NCBI GenBank assembly: GCA_023254095.1
Contig: JALNLM010000002.1
Location: forward strand, 32,001-96,000
DNA from: Candidatus Geocrenenecus huangii
GTDB taxonomy: Archaea > Thermoproteota > Nitrososphaeria_A > Caldarchaeales > Wolframiiraptoraceae
Length of the DNA: 64,000 nucleotides
Direction: 5' to 3'
Of the stretch, positions 19,942-30,172 are shown piece by piece. The stretch's first letter is position 1; each line of letters begins with the position of its first letter. Under the pieces are notes generated by a model. The model was not told the DNA's origin, ran no database searches, and worked only from the letters and a program-made list of their open reading frames with translations. The translations under genes and the position numbers were made by a program.

Positions 19942-21600
19942 ATGGCTGCAGCACCTTCTTCAGCAGGAGGTATCCCCGTAATAGTTTTGAAAGAGGGGAC
20001 GACAAGATCGAGGGGTAGAGAAGCACAACTCTCAAACATCACTGTTGCAAAGATCATCGCTGAGACAATGAAGTCTTCTCTAGGTCCTAGAGGGATGGAT
20101 AAGATGCTTGTAGACAGTTTTGGAGACGTTGTCATAACCAATGACGGCGCAACCATACTCAAAGAAATGGACGTAGAACATCCGGTAGCCAAGATGTTAG
20201 TAGAGGTAGCTAAAGCTCAAGATGCAGAAGTCGGCGATGGGACAACTACGTCGGTTGTACTGGCTGGAGAACTACTTGCAAAAGCTGAAGAATTAATCGA
20301 GAAAGAAGTTCATCCGACCTTGATAATAGAAGGATACAAGAAAGCAGCAACTAAAGCGTTAGAGCTATATGATAAGATAGGCGTCTCTGTAAGTCCTAAA
20401 GATAACGAGATATTAAAGAAGATAGCTAAGACGGCGATGATCAGCAAACTTGTAGGTGAGGAGGCAGATTATCTTGCAGAAATCTCTGTTGAGGCAGTCT
20501 TGAAAGTGGCCGAGCTAGCAGAGAATAAATGGAGAGTCGACTTAGATGACGTAAAGATAGAGAAGAAAGAGGGCGGCTCACTTAGAGATACTAGGCTCAT
20601 TGAAGGAATAGTACTGGATAAAGAGGTAGTCCATCCTGGGATGCCAAAAATAGTACATAACGCAAAGATCGCATTACTTGATGCATCATTAGAGATTGAG
20701 AAGACGGAATTTGACGCTAAACTTAACATTGAGAGCCCAGAGCAGATGAGAGCGTTCATGAAGCAAGAAGAAGAAATGCTTAAAGAAATGGTTGAGAAGA
20801 TCGCTGCCACAGGCGCAAACGTTGTCTTATGCCAAAAAGGCATCGACGATATGGCTCAGCACTTCTTAGCGAGAAAGGGAATAATGGCGGTTAGAAGAAT
20901 AAAGAAATCAGATATGGACAAACTAGCTAAAGCGACAGGTGGAAGAGTAGTAACGAGGATAGAAGAATTATCTGAGCAAGATCTTGGCAGGGCGAAGATA
21001 GTAGAAGAAAGAAGGGTCGGAGAAGACAAAATGGTCTTCGTGGAAGGATGCGAGGATCCCAAATCTATAACCATACTTATAAGAGGGGGAACGAAGAGGA
21101 TAGTAGATGAGGCTGAACGTTCCATCAAGGATGCATTGAACGTAGTCAAAGACGTAGTTATCGAAGGAAAAATAGTAGCGGGCGGTGGAGCGCCTGAAAC
21201 AGAAGTAGCTCTTGGACTTAGAGATTATGCCAAGACACTGGCCGGGAAAGAACAGCTCGCAGTAGAGAAATTCGCTGAAGCCATTGAGATAGTTCCATCT
21301 CAGCTAGCAGAGAATGCTGGAATGGATCCTATTGAGACTATAGTTAATCTTAGAGCCAGGCATAAAGAAGGAGAGAAATGGGCTGGAGTTAACGTCTTCG
21401 CAGGCAAGATAGACGATATGTGGAAGCTGGAGGTTCTAGAACCTTTACTGGTGAAGAAGCAGGTAATTAAATCAGCAGTCGAAGCAGCATCGATGATCTT
21501 GAAGATCGATGACATCATAGCGGCATCAAAATTAGAAGAGAAGAAACCCGGAAAAGAAAAAGAGAAGGAGAAGGAAGAGTCGGAGTTTGGAGAGGACTGA
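19942..21600 (+). CDS. ths: Thermosome (group II chaperonin) subunit
   Basis: [29 protein letters not shown]; acidic C-terminal tail. Confidence 0.97.
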   Translation: MAAAPSSAGGIPVIVLKEGTTRSRGREAQLSNITVAKIIAETMKSSLGPRGMDKMLVDSFGDVVITNDGATILKEMDVEHPVAKMLVEVAKAQDAEVGDGTTTSVVLAGELLAKAEELIEKEVHPTLIIEGYKKAATKALELYDKIGVSVSPKDNEILKKIAKTAMISKLVGEEADYLAEISVEAVLKVAELAENKWRVDLDDVKIEKKEGGSLRDTRLIEGIVLDKEVVHPGMPKIVHNAKIALLDASLEIEKTEFDAKLNIESPEQMRAFMKQEEEMLKEMVEKIAATGANVVLCQKGIDDMAQHFLARKGIMAVRRIKKSDMDKLAKATGGRVVTRIEELSEQDLGRAKIVEERRVGEDKMVFVEGCEDPKSITILIRGGTKRIVDEAERSIKDALNVVKDVVIEGKIVAGGGAPETEVALGLRDYAKTLAGKEQLAVEKFAEAIEIVPSQLAENAGMDPIETIVNLRARHKEGEKWAGVNVFAGKIDDMWKLEVLEPLLVKKQVIKSAVEAASMILKIDDIIAASKLEEKKPGKEKEKEKEESEFGED

Positions 21601-21853
21601 AGACAAATACTACAGAAGACCTCTTACAAAGTATGAGATAGCGAGAATAATTGGAGGAAGAGCACTACAATTATCTCTAGGTGCCTTCCCTCTTGTCGAA
21701 GTAAAGCCTAACGATAGCCCAATAGATATTGCAAAGAGAGAACTCGAAGCCGGGGTCTTACCAATAATAATAAGGAGAAGAAAACCAGACGGAACATACG
21801 TAGACATACCGGTTAATGAGCTTCTTAAACCAATCGAGCAAACAGTAGAGTAG
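21587..21853 (+). CDS. rpoK: DNA-directed RNA polymerase subunit Rpo6 (K)
   Basis: [21 protein letters not shown]...IAKREL...LPIIIRR. Confidence 0.95.
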   Translation: MERTEDKYYRRPLTKYEIARIIGGRALQLSLGAFPLVEVKPNDSPIDIAKRELEAGVLPIIIRRRKPDGTYVDIPVNELLKPIEQTVE

Positions 21854-21855
21854 AT

Positions 21856-22056
21856 ATGGATGAAGATACAACTTCATGGATGATCGCCACCATCGTATTG
21901 TCTCTAGTAACCGCATTCCTCACGGTATACCAGGTGAGAGAATCCTACATCCTCCAACCTACTTTTTTCTTTTTTGTATTTCAACTCTCTTCTCTGATAT
22001 GTTTCCTAATCCTTTTTTCCCTCTTAGCCAGGAAGCATATATCTGGAAATAAATAA
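21856..22056 (+). CDS. Small two-TM membrane protein of unknown function
   Basis: ATG 2 nt after rpoK stop; two hydrophobic segments. Confidence 0.55.
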   Translation: MDEDTTSWMIATIVLSLVTAFLTVYQVRESYILQPTFFFFVFQLSSLICFLILFSLLARKHISGNK

Positions 22057-22181
22057 TAGGAGGAAGTAGAGAATTTTCACATCTCCTTAGAAGGCCGAAT
22101 ATACCTCGTGTAATCTCAAGGTATAACTCGGATATTCTAAAAAAGTAAAGGATTAATTGTTCTAGACCAATCATTTAAAAG

Positions 22182-23264
22182 ATGTATCGTAGTGGGCTGA
22201 GAGACCTTGAAATTCACTACACGTATAGGTCTAGATGGTATTATGAGAGAGCTGAAAAAATCTTAACAGCCCTCGTAGACTCATATCTTAGCTTACATGG
22301 TCCTAGGAAGTTCTTGAGAGGTTTATCATCGCCAGTTTTCTTTGATGCTTTATCCGTTGCTTCGTTTCTCGACGAACTCGAAGGCGGGGCTACGACTATA
22401 ATGGCGACAGTTTTCAAGAATATTATCAGACCTGAGGATGGTTTAGCGGTCGTAGGAGGGAAAAGATTAGAAGGATATAGAGTACCAGCCGAGCTAGATA
22501 TTGTGGGGAGAGAATTCGGCTTCAGTTCAGAGAAGCTGGAGAAGTTAAAGTATGCAAGTAGAATGGTTGCAAAAGTAGATAACGTGGCTATACAGGATGG
22601 GTTCCCCCTATACTTCCACATGATGATAGTTTCAAGAGATGGTGAATGGACTGTCGTCCAGCAAGGAATAAAAACACTAGAAGGTTTAGTCAGAAGATAC
22701 CACTGGACATCTATAAAGATAAAGAGCTTCGTGGAAGAACCTCATACAGGTATAATCTCAGCCCATCGAGAAAAGATCGTGATAGATATGACGAGTATGA
22801 AGAGTGATGAAGCTAGGAAGGCATGTGTTGAACTAGTAACACAGGATTTCAAAAAACTGAAAAGATTACATGAAGCTTTCTCGAAAGGCCTCCAAATGAG
22901 GTTGACGGATCTAGATGAATCAGTTGGAGATATAAAGCTTGAAGTTCCAAGTATAAAATGGGTCTACCTCCAATCTCTGTATAATCAGCAGCCGAGGAAT
23001 TTTGAGGAACTATTGTCACATAGAGGGATAGGGGTACAGACGTTGAGATTTCTAGTATTCGCGTGTATACAGCTATACCAGGTTTATCCAAGCTTCGAGG
23101 ATCCAGCCATATCTTTTGATGAAGCTTATAGGCTGACTGAAACTCTAGATGATGAACGTATCTATGAAGTGATGGACGCTTTAAAAGAATCTTCCTTGGA
23201 AATATTCTTGAAGAAAGTCTCCTACAATAGATTATCTAACTTTATCCAGGGTATGGAGAGTTAG
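22182..23264 (+). CDS. DUF763 family protein (divergent)
   Basis: YASRMVAKVDNVAIQDGFPLYFH, WTVVQQG, RRYHW, FVEEPHTGI. Confidence 0.82.
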   Translation: MYRSGLRDLEIHYTYRSRWYYERAEKILTALVDSYLSLHGPRKFLRGLSSPVFFDALSVASFLDELEGGATTIMATVFKNIIRPEDGLAVVGGKRLEGYRVPAELDIVGREFGFSSEKLEKLKYASRMVAKVDNVAIQDGFPLYFHMMIVSRDGEWTVVQQGIKTLEGLVRRYHWTSIKIKSFVEEPHTGIISAHREKIVIDMTSMKSDEARKACVELVTQDFKKLKRLHEAFSKGLQMRLTDLDESVGDIKLEVPSIKWVYLQSLYNQQPRNFEELLSHRGIGVQTLRFLVFACIQLYQVYPSFEDPAISFDEAYRLTETLDDERIYEVMDALKESSLEIFLKKVSYNRLSNFIQGMES

Positions 23265-23322
23265 AGAAAGTTTTATCCATCTAATAGATGCTCGGACTTC
23301 GAAAATAATAATTTTTAATTTT

Positions 23323-24402
23323 TTAACGTTCTCTTTTCCCTTGTATGAATTCTTCAACCATCTGTCTAGCGACTTCGTCTGGATACTGTATTGGTGGAGA
23401 CTTCATGAAGTATGCTGAAGGGCTTATCAATGGTCCAGCTACTCCCCTGTCCTTACCAATCTTAGCGCATCTCACTGCATCTATGACTACCCCTGCAGAG
23501 TTCGGGCTATCCCATACTTCAAGCTTGGCCTCAATAGTTAAAGGAGCTCCTCCGAATGCTGTTCCTTCAAGTCTTATGTAAGCCCATTTTCTATCTCTTA
23601 GCCATGGAACGTAGTCGCTTGGACCAATATGTATGCATTCATCTGGAATACTGTACGGGATTATACTTCTCACAGCATCCGTCTTAGATATCTTCTTAGA
23701 GGAAAGTCGTTCTCTTTCAAGCATGTTTAGGAAATCAGTGTTTCCTCCAAAGTTTAATTGGTAAGTCCTCTCCACCTTGACACCTCTATCAAGAAATAGC
23801 TTTACTAGGTATCTATGAAGTATGGTGGCTCCTACTTGGCTTTTAACGTCGTCTCCTATTATTGGTAGGCCACGCTTAGTGAAGACCTCCTGCCATCTAG
23901 GCTCTCTAGCGATGAAGACAGGTATACCATTAACGAATGCTGCTCCAGCTTCTAGAACTTGTTCTACGTACCATTTAGTTGCAGACTCACTCCCTACAGG
24001 CAGAAAGTTCACTACGACGTCTGCACCACTGCTCCTTAATACATCTACAACATCTACCGTCGGTGAAGGATGCTTCTCTATTACTTGTGAAACATATTTA
24101 CCTAAGCTATCATGAGTCATTCCACGGGAAACCTCAACACCTAGCTTAGGAACATCTGCAAATTTTAATGTACAATTAGGTGGAGCAAAAATAGCCTCCG
24201 ATAAGTCTTTTCCAACCTTATTCTTATCTATATCGAATGCGGCCACGAATTCTATATCTCCAACATGGTAAGGTCCTAGTCGGACATGCATGAGTCCTGG
24301 AATGAATTCATTCTCATCGGCATCTTTATAGTAGTGTACTCCTTGCACAAGTGCTGAGGCACAATTACCTACACCTATTATAGCAACTCTTACCTTCGGC
24401 AT
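23323..24402 (-). CDS. ino1: myo-inositol-1-phosphate synthase (start taken as MPKVRV at 24402)
   Basis: [47 protein letters not shown]. Confidence 0.95.
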   Translation of the reverse strand: MPKVRVAIIGVGNCASALVQGVHYYKDADENEFIPGLMHVRLGPYHVGDIEFVAAFDIDKNKVGKDLSEAIFAPPNCTLKFADVPKLGVEVSRGMTHDSLGKYVSQVIEKHPSPTVDVVDVLRSSGADVVVNFLPVGSESATKWYVEQVLEAGAAFVNGIPVFIAREPRWQEVFTKRGLPIIGDDVKSQVGATILHRYLVKLFLDRGVKVERTYQLNFGGNTDFLNMLERERLSSKKISKTDAVRSIIPYSIPDECIHIGPSDYVPWLRDRKWAYIRLEGTAFGGAPLTIEAKLEVWDSPNSAGVVIDAVRCAKIGKDRGVAGPLISPSAYFMKSPPIQYPDEVARQMVEEFIQGKRER

Positions 24403-24482
24403 GTTATATATTGTATAGAAGGGAGCATATAAGTATTTCATGATTGTAAAATAGTCTCACAGGGATGCCGGACCCTTTAAAC

Positions 24483-24818
24483 TCAGTGAATAGTATTAAC
24501 AAGGTCTTGCAATAATCTCTTTGCTATTTCAAGTTCTTTCAAACCCTTCTCTGTAATATCGTAGTATCTTCGAGGCGCACCCTTACTCTTCTCGGAAACT
24601 TCTCTAGATGATATGAGGCCTTCTCTCTCGAGTTTGTAGAGTACGACATAGCAGGTTATCTTCCCAGGCTTAAACCTAAACCTCTCAAAGATCTTGTCTC
24701 TTATCTCATAACCGTATAGTGGGCCATCCCTCAATAAAGTTAGAACATATATCCAGAGATTCTCAATAGTAATTTTTCTGATGAACCTACTTATTGCTTT
24801 GCTCTCCATACCTTCCAT
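24483..24818 (-). CDS. PadR family transcriptional regulator
   Basis: YGYEI...YVVLYKLEREGLI...RRYYDITEKG. Confidence 0.9.
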   Translation of the reverse strand: MEGMESKAISRFIRKITIENLWIYVLTLLRDGPLYGYEIRDKIFERFRFKPGKITCYVVLYKLEREGLISSREVSEKSKGAPRRYYDITEKGLKELEIAKRLLQDLVNTIH

Positions 24819-24974
24819 ATAATTCTCATCTAAACCTTAAACCCCTCCTCTATATTTAACTTAAGAGCTCCTTCTCCATGAAGACACCTTCTATGATAAA
24901 CAAACAATCTAGAGAGATTTCGTTGTCTTGTTAGGTATTCAATTTATATAACCTAGTGCAATGATTCCGTAGGC

Positions 24975-25799
24975 ATGGACATATTAACTTTAATGCTGAT
25001 TTCTATTCCGTCGGGTTTACTTGGAGCGATTGCGGGTCTGGGCGGTGGAATAGTATTGACCCCTATCTTGGTTACTTTGGGTGTCCCTATAAAGTATGCT
25101 ATTGCTTCAAGTATGGTAGCTGTAATTGGAACCTCGAGTGGGTCGGCTGCAGCCTATGTTAGAGGAGGTCTAACGAATCTTAGAGTAGCTATGTTTCTAG
25201 AGATGTTCACTATCGCGGGAGCGGTTACCGGCGCAATTCTCACAGTTTATGTTTCTTCTAAGCCTCTATACTTTGTTTTTGCATCATTCCTAATAGCATC
25301 TCTAATATTTATGAGAAAGAGAATATTAACAGAATTGCCGATCGTCAAGAAGCAGGATAGATTATCATCATGGTTGAAGCTAGAAGGCTCTTATTTTGAC
25401 GAGAAGCTGGGAAGGGTTGTTGAGTACAAGATTACGAATGCTCTCTGGGGTGGAGTAGGTATGATCTTCGCCGGGATAGCGGGAGGTATGTTAGGTATAG
25501 GTGCAGGCATATTCAAGGTGTCGATACTCGAGCTTATAATGAAGATGCCTTCGAAGCCTTCTTCGACAACGAGCAACTTCGTAATCGGTATGACGGCGTT
25601 AGCTGGAGCAGGCGTATATCTATTCTCAGGATTAATCCAAACATATCTAGTAGCGCCAGTAATCGCCGGTATGCTGATAGGTTCCATGCTGGGAGCCAGG
25701 ATCTTAAACAAGCTCAGTAGCAAGACTATAAGAATAATCTTTGTTGCAGTTCTACTGTACTCAGTTTTTTTGATCATGTATAAGGGGTTAACATTATGA
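24975..25799 (+). CDS. TauE/SafE family (sulfite exporter-like) membrane protein
   Basis: GLGGG..LTP, GMLGIGAG duplicated glycine motifs, multiple TM helices. Confidence 0.88.
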   Translation: MDILTLMLISIPSGLLGAIAGLGGGIVLTPILVTLGVPIKYAIASSMVAVIGTSSGSAAAYVRGGLTNLRVAMFLEMFTIAGAVTGAILTVYVSSKPLYFVFASFLIASLIFMRKRILTELPIVKKQDRLSSWLKLEGSYFDEKLGRVVEYKITNALWGGVGMIFAGIAGGMLGIGAGIFKVSILELIMKMPSKPSSTTSNFVIGMTALAGAGVYLFSGLIQTYLVAPVIAGMLIGSMLGARILNKLSSKTIRIIFVAVLLYSVFLIMYKGLTL

Positions 25800-26149
25800 G
25801 GGGACAAGAATCTCTTGAAAAAATTATAAGCTACATATTAACGGTGAGCGTCTTAGTAGGCCTGACACTGTACTTTGCTGGTCTGGCATCCTACTATTTT
25901 GAAAACAAAATGTGCCTGGAGATATCAATAAATGACCAGTCATCCCTGCAACTAGATAATTTTCTTAACCAGTTTAATCAATTAAATTCTTACATAGTAC
26001 TATCAACTAGTATATTGGTGGTTATGTTTACCCCATACATTAGAGTTCTCACATCAATAATCTACTTCCTAAAAAACAAGGATTACAAATATTCGGTCTT
26101 GGCCCTCTTCGTCTTTTCAGCATTAACAATACTCTTTTTGATACGGTAA
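25796..26149 (+). CDS. DUF1634 family membrane protein (usual TauE partner)
   Basis: TPYIRV motif, ATGA overlap with the TauE gene. Confidence 0.75.
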   Translation: MRGQESLEKIISYILTVSVLVGLTLYFAGLASYYFENKMCLEISINDQSSLQLDNFLNQFNQLNSYIVLSTSILVVMFTPYIRVLTSIIYFLKNKDYKYSVLALFVFSALTILFLIR

Positions 26150-26215
26150 AGAAGCAATAGTTCCATGATGAAATCACGTATGGAAAAGATCTAGATATTA
26201 AATTACTGAATATGG

Positions 26216-26914
26216 TTATGAATGGACAGACATTTTTCTAATAATAATGACGGTGAGCATTCTAATATGCGTAAATATTATTCCGACGACGCTTAACCTA
26301 AATTTTTCTAAAAGATTGATTAGATCGCATTTGTCTAAAATATCCAAATGATTGTACCTCCATACTTTTCCAACAGAATTCACCCAGAGAAACCATATTA
26401 TCTTGAAGAGTCGGCTTCGGGAATTCGGAATCATCAGTATTGTTTTTCCCGCTATCCTTAGACACCTAGAAATCTCTTCAAGACATCTAATTGGATACGG
26501 GAGGTGCTCTAAGACCTCTATACATGTAATCAGATCTATACTCCTGTCTCTGAAGGGGAGGCTTTGAGCGTCTGCAATTATGAAAGAGATCTGCTTATAT
26601 TTTCTGGAGGCATATTTCACAGCAGCTTCATGTACATCTATCCCAATAATTATTGAACCATTGGCTTCTGAAAATATTTTATTGGTTATGGTTCCCGAAT
26701 TACACCCTATGTCTAGGATTACCTTATCTACTCTACTACTTACTTGACCGATGCATAACCTCAGTATGTTAACTCTATGTTGATGCCATAATAATTGTAA
26801 TGGAAATATAGGGTTCTCATAATAATCTATTGGGACAGCCTCATGAGATTTTTTCATCTTCTCAATGTTAGATGTTTTTAAAATATTGCTATTTTTCTCC
26901 TCATTATTGCTCAA
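26216..26914 (-). CDS. Class I SAM-dependent methyltransferase
   Basis: ILDIGCNSG, ADAQSLPF, EVLEHL. Confidence 0.85.
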   Translation of the reverse strand: MSNNEEKNSNILKTSNIEKMKKSHEAVPIDYYENPIFPLQLLWHQHRVNILRLCIGQVSSRVDKVILDIGCNSGTITNKIFSEANGSIIIGIDVHEAAVKYASRKYKQISFIIADAQSLPFRDRSIDLITCIEVLEHLPYPIRCLEEISRCLRIAGKTILMIPNSRSRLFKIIWFLWVNSVGKVWRYNHLDILDKCDLINLLEKFRLSVVGIIFTHIRMLTVIIIRKMSVHS

Positions 26915-27123
26915 GAATTCTTCCTTACGTTGTTTTCTTCCTTAAGCATTTATAAATTTTTCTATTCTTTTCATGAGGACTTTCTAGAACATTCACGGAG
27001 ATGGATGAAGCATACACGATACAAAATATAATTGTTGAAACATTATAATAGTTGGGAATACTCGTTAGAATTTATCAAGATTAAAGATTTTAAGAGCATA
27101 AAGAATAAATAAGAACAGAAGCT

Positions 27124-28350
27124 ATGGATAAGAAGTATCCAAAGGAAATATGTGGAATCGTAGGAAAAGCTAACGTCGGTAAGAGTACGTTATTCTCAGC
27201 TATGACTCTCGCTCCAGTCGAGATCGGTAATTATCCTTTCACAACCATTAAACCCAATAGAGGAGTTACCTACCTAAGAATAAACTGCGTATGCAGAGAA
27301 CTAAACGTTAAGGATAATCCAAAGAATAGTAAATGTATAGACGGTAACAGATTTATCCCAATCGAGCTCATAGACTGCCCTGGCATAATTAGGGGAGCAC
27401 ATAAGGGAAGAGGTCTCGGCTTAAAATTCTTGGATGAGATTAGGCAAGCTTCAGCATTAATAGTTGTTGCCGATGCTGCGGGAGCAACAGACTCAGATGG
27501 CAACCCCGTAGAACCTGGTACAGGAGAACCTGTTGAAGATGTTAAGATCGTTGAAGAGGAAGTCTCCCATTGGGTGACAGATATACTCTATATGGACTGG
27601 CCAAGAATATGTAGAATCGTCGAGAATAGATTCGGAGAGCTTGATGAGGAATTATGGAAGAAACTTTCAGGACTTGGGATATCGATAGAGTCTATAAGAG
27701 AAGTTGCTACAGAGCTGGGCTTGAATCATCATCGGCCATCTCAATGGACCATAGAGAAGCTTTATGATTTCTCATCAATACTGATAAAGAAAGAGAAACC
27801 GATAATTGTTGCAGCAAATAAAATCGATATGAAAGAAGCTAGAAGAGGGGTTGAGAAGTTAAAGAATGCGGGGTACAATGTTATTCCTACAAGCGGTGAA
27901 GCTGAGAGAATTCTAAGATTAGCTTCAGAGAAAGGTTTTATCAATTATCTTCCAGGAGATAGAGAATTCAAGGTTCTAGATGAATCAAAGCTTACAAATG
28001 CTCAGAAGAAAGCTCTCGAGAAGATTTATGAAACTGTTTTTAAACCATGGGGTTCGACAGGAGTCCAAGAACTCGTAAACACAGCATACTTTAACCTACT
28101 CCAGTATATCCCAGTATATCCTGTTGAAGATCCGGAGAAACTTTCAGATCATGATGGAAACGTTTTACCAGATGTGTACTTGGTCCGTAAAGGGTCTAAA
28201 CCTAGAGAATTAGCATACAAGATACATACCGACCTTGGGAGAACATTCCTATACGCTATAGATGCTAAAAAGAAAATTAGAGTTGGAGAAGAATACCAAC
28301 TGAGATGGGGGGACATAATCTCCATAGTTTCAGCAGCCAAAGAAGCTTAG
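27124..28350 (+). CDS. ychF: Obg-family YchF/OLA1-like ATPase/GTPase with TGS domain
   Basis: GKANVGKST, YPFTTI.PN, DCPG, ANKID, IHTDL. Confidence 0.9.
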   Translation: MDKKYPKEICGIVGKANVGKSTLFSAMTLAPVEIGNYPFTTIKPNRGVTYLRINCVCRELNVKDNPKNSKCIDGNRFIPIELIDCPGIIRGAHKGRGLGLKFLDEIRQASALIVVADAAGATDSDGNPVEPGTGEPVEDVKIVEEEVSHWVTDILYMDWPRICRIVENRFGELDEELWKKLSGLGISIESIREVATELGLNHHRPSQWTIEKLYDFSSILIKKEKPIIVAANKIDMKEARRGVEKLKNAGYNVIPTSGEAERILRLASEKGFINYLPGDREFKVLDESKLTNAQKKALEKIYETVFKPWGSTGVQELVNTAYFNLLQYIPVYPVEDPEKLSDHDGNVLPDVYLVRKGSKPRELAYKIHTDLGRTFLYAIDAKKKIRVGEEYQLRWGDIISIVSAAKEA

Positions 28351-28362
28351 AGTAATAAGATT

Positions 28363-28731
28363 CTAAGGGTTAACTTCTCTGAGGTATTTCTCCGAGTAGT
28401 ATCCCCACTCTTTCTTTGACCCAAAGCTTCTTACACCATACATTTTCACTTGCTCTCTTAGTCTTTCCGCTTCTTCACTAGTTATCTCTCTTCTTCTCTC
28501 TAGGTAATCTATCACTACCAATGCCTCACCATCATTTTCACATCTTCTAAGATAATCTATTGGAGTTGGAAGAGATGGGGCATCTCTGCTTTTTCTAGCT
28601 TCTTCTTCACCTTCCTCTATTGATGTTCTCGCCTCATCTATTCGTAGCCTCATTTTCTTCTCGACGATCTCTCGGTAAAGGTTGGGGAAAAGCTTCTTGA
28701 AGGTTTTCTCATCTAATTCCATTACTTCCAC
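28363..28731 (-). CDS. DUF2095 family protein
   Basis: FPNLYREI, PTPIDYLRRC, GVRSFGSKKEWGYY. Confidence 0.8.
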   Translation of the reverse strand: MEVMELDEKTFKKLFPNLYREIVEKKMRLRIDEARTSIEEGEEEARKSRDAPSLPTPIDYLRRCENDGEALVVIDYLERRREITSEEAERLREQVKMYGVRSFGSKKEWGYYSEKYLREVNP

Positions 28732-29339
28732 CTAGGTATGAACAATCTTAAAGGCTCATCCCCCATTATTTTCTTTAGCTCGGTAAGTGTTAAGCCTTTC
28801 TTTAAGTCTCCGTAAACGTCGCATCTGGAAGGATTCAGGTAAGCTGTATGTTCTTTCAGTATGATCTCGGCATCATACTCTTTCTCTGTTTTTATCTTTA
28901 TCTTTACCACGCTTCCTTCTCTAAGAGGTTCAGGTAGATCTACTTCTTCGATCCCTAAGATCTCGAATCGACTTTCTCTAAGTTTTTCAAGCACTATTTC
29001 AGGTTCTTCGCAATCTACCTCGATATCGATATCACTGTTCGGCTTAACTATTCCTCTCCACACGCTTCCAACCAATCTAGGGTTAAAATCCGAAAGTGTC
29101 TCCATAAGTCTTAAAGCCTCATTTCTCATATCAATTAGCCTCTTCCAGTATTCTTGACTCTCGGATTCTAGTGCCACCTCTAGCAGTTTCAGAGCTACTT
29201 CAAAATTCTTTGGAAAAACCTTTGTACCAAATTCTTGTGCCGCTATCTTCTTTGCCTCAATATATTCTTGTGCTCTCCCACTATAGAGGATCTGTGCTGC
29301 ATGCTTAGCTATTTTTTCTCTAAGAGCTCTCTTAGACAT
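28722..29339 (-). CDS. Pol-beta superfamily nucleotidyltransferase-domain protein
   Basis: LVGSVWRG...SDIDI motif. Confidence 0.8.
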   Translation of the reverse strand: MSKRALREKIAKHAAQILYSGRAQEYIEAKKIAAQEFGTKVFPKNFEVALKLLEVALESESQEYWKRLIDMRNEALRLMETLSDFNPRLVGSVWRGIVKPNSDIDIEVDCEEPEIVLEKLRESRFEILGIEEVDLPEPLREGSVVKIKIKTEKEYDAEIILKEHTAYLNPSRCDVYGDLKKGLTLTELKKIMGDEPLRLFIPRWK

Positions 29340-29991
29340 CGCTGGATCCAGATACAGAAGAAACCGCCTCTTCTACTCTTTTACCTTCATAAACCCATTC
29401 TGGAATCTTTAACACCTTTGACTTGACTATGCCTACATGTCTTAGTAAGGTAATCTTTTTTGCTTCTTGGAATATGTCGGATGCTGTCTTCCCTAAAACC
29501 ATTTCTTGAGCTAGCTGGTCGTGTGTCAGATTCCTTGAAGCTTCTTCTAGGATCTTCTGCATTATCTTCCTTATCATTCTAACTTTTAAGCAGTGGGGAG
29601 TTAGACGCCTAACTGTAAAAGCTATAGCCTGTGCCCTTAATTTGAACCCATCCTTAGTCGTTAAATTGAAGGTTCCCTCTATTCTTGTTGTACCTCTTCT
29701 TACTAAGCTACGGAGAAACTCTCTACCATATTCATGTCCATAGAAGATGGTTTCAGCAATCATGTCTTCTTTCACCCTCACAATCTTGAATCTTATTAGC
29801 AGATACTGTTTTGCGAAGTCACCCGTTAGATTGTATAAACTTGCCCAAAGGGTTCTACCGATAGCCTCTCCAGGCTCGTTTACCAAAGTAGTACCTATTT
29901 CCTTATATCCAAAATATTCAGGAGAATATACGGTGACGACCTGTTTAGGCCCCTTTTTTTCTACGTTCTTCTTCTTCGACATCAAAATCAT
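29332..29991 (-). CDS. rps3ae: 30S ribosomal protein S3Ae (eS1)
   Basis: LYNLTGDF, REFLRSLVRRGT, IRKIM, LGKTASDI. Confidence 0.92.
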   Translation of the reverse strand: MILMSKKKNVEKKGPKQVVTVYSPEYFGYKEIGTTLVNEPGEAIGRTLWASLYNLTGDFAKQYLLIRFKIVRVKEDMIAETIFYGHEYGREFLRSLVRRGTTRIEGTFNLTTKDGFKLRAQAIAFTVRRLTPHCLKVRMIRKIMQKILEEASRNLTHDQLAQEMVLGKTASDIFQEAKKITLLRHVGIVKSKVLKIPEWVYEGKRVEEAVSSVSGSSDV

Positions 29992-30124
29992 TTCTCATCT
30001 GGCTTCAATAAGAGGATTGACGTTTTAAGAGAAGGCTTATTCAATAAGGCTTATATACAACACTTTCATCGACAGGACTAAAATTCTAGGTCCCCCGATC
30101 TATACAAGCTTATGTATTGGAAAA

Positions 30125-30145
30125 AAGTTTTATGATATAAAACTT
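30125..30145. promoter_or_regulatory. Perfect 9-3-9 inverted repeat, candidate metal-regulator operator overlapping the TATA region
   Basis: AAGTTTTAT-GAT-ATAAAACTT, 27 nt upstream of the ABC transporter start codon. Confidence 0.55.
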
Positions 30146-30172
30146 ATAAAAAACACTAACCAATAAAAAGGC

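Noticed and set aside
26165-26209. ATGATGA...CTGA possible C/D-box sRNA
   Set aside because: No convincing D'/C' boxes and an AT-only second guide; too weak without expression data
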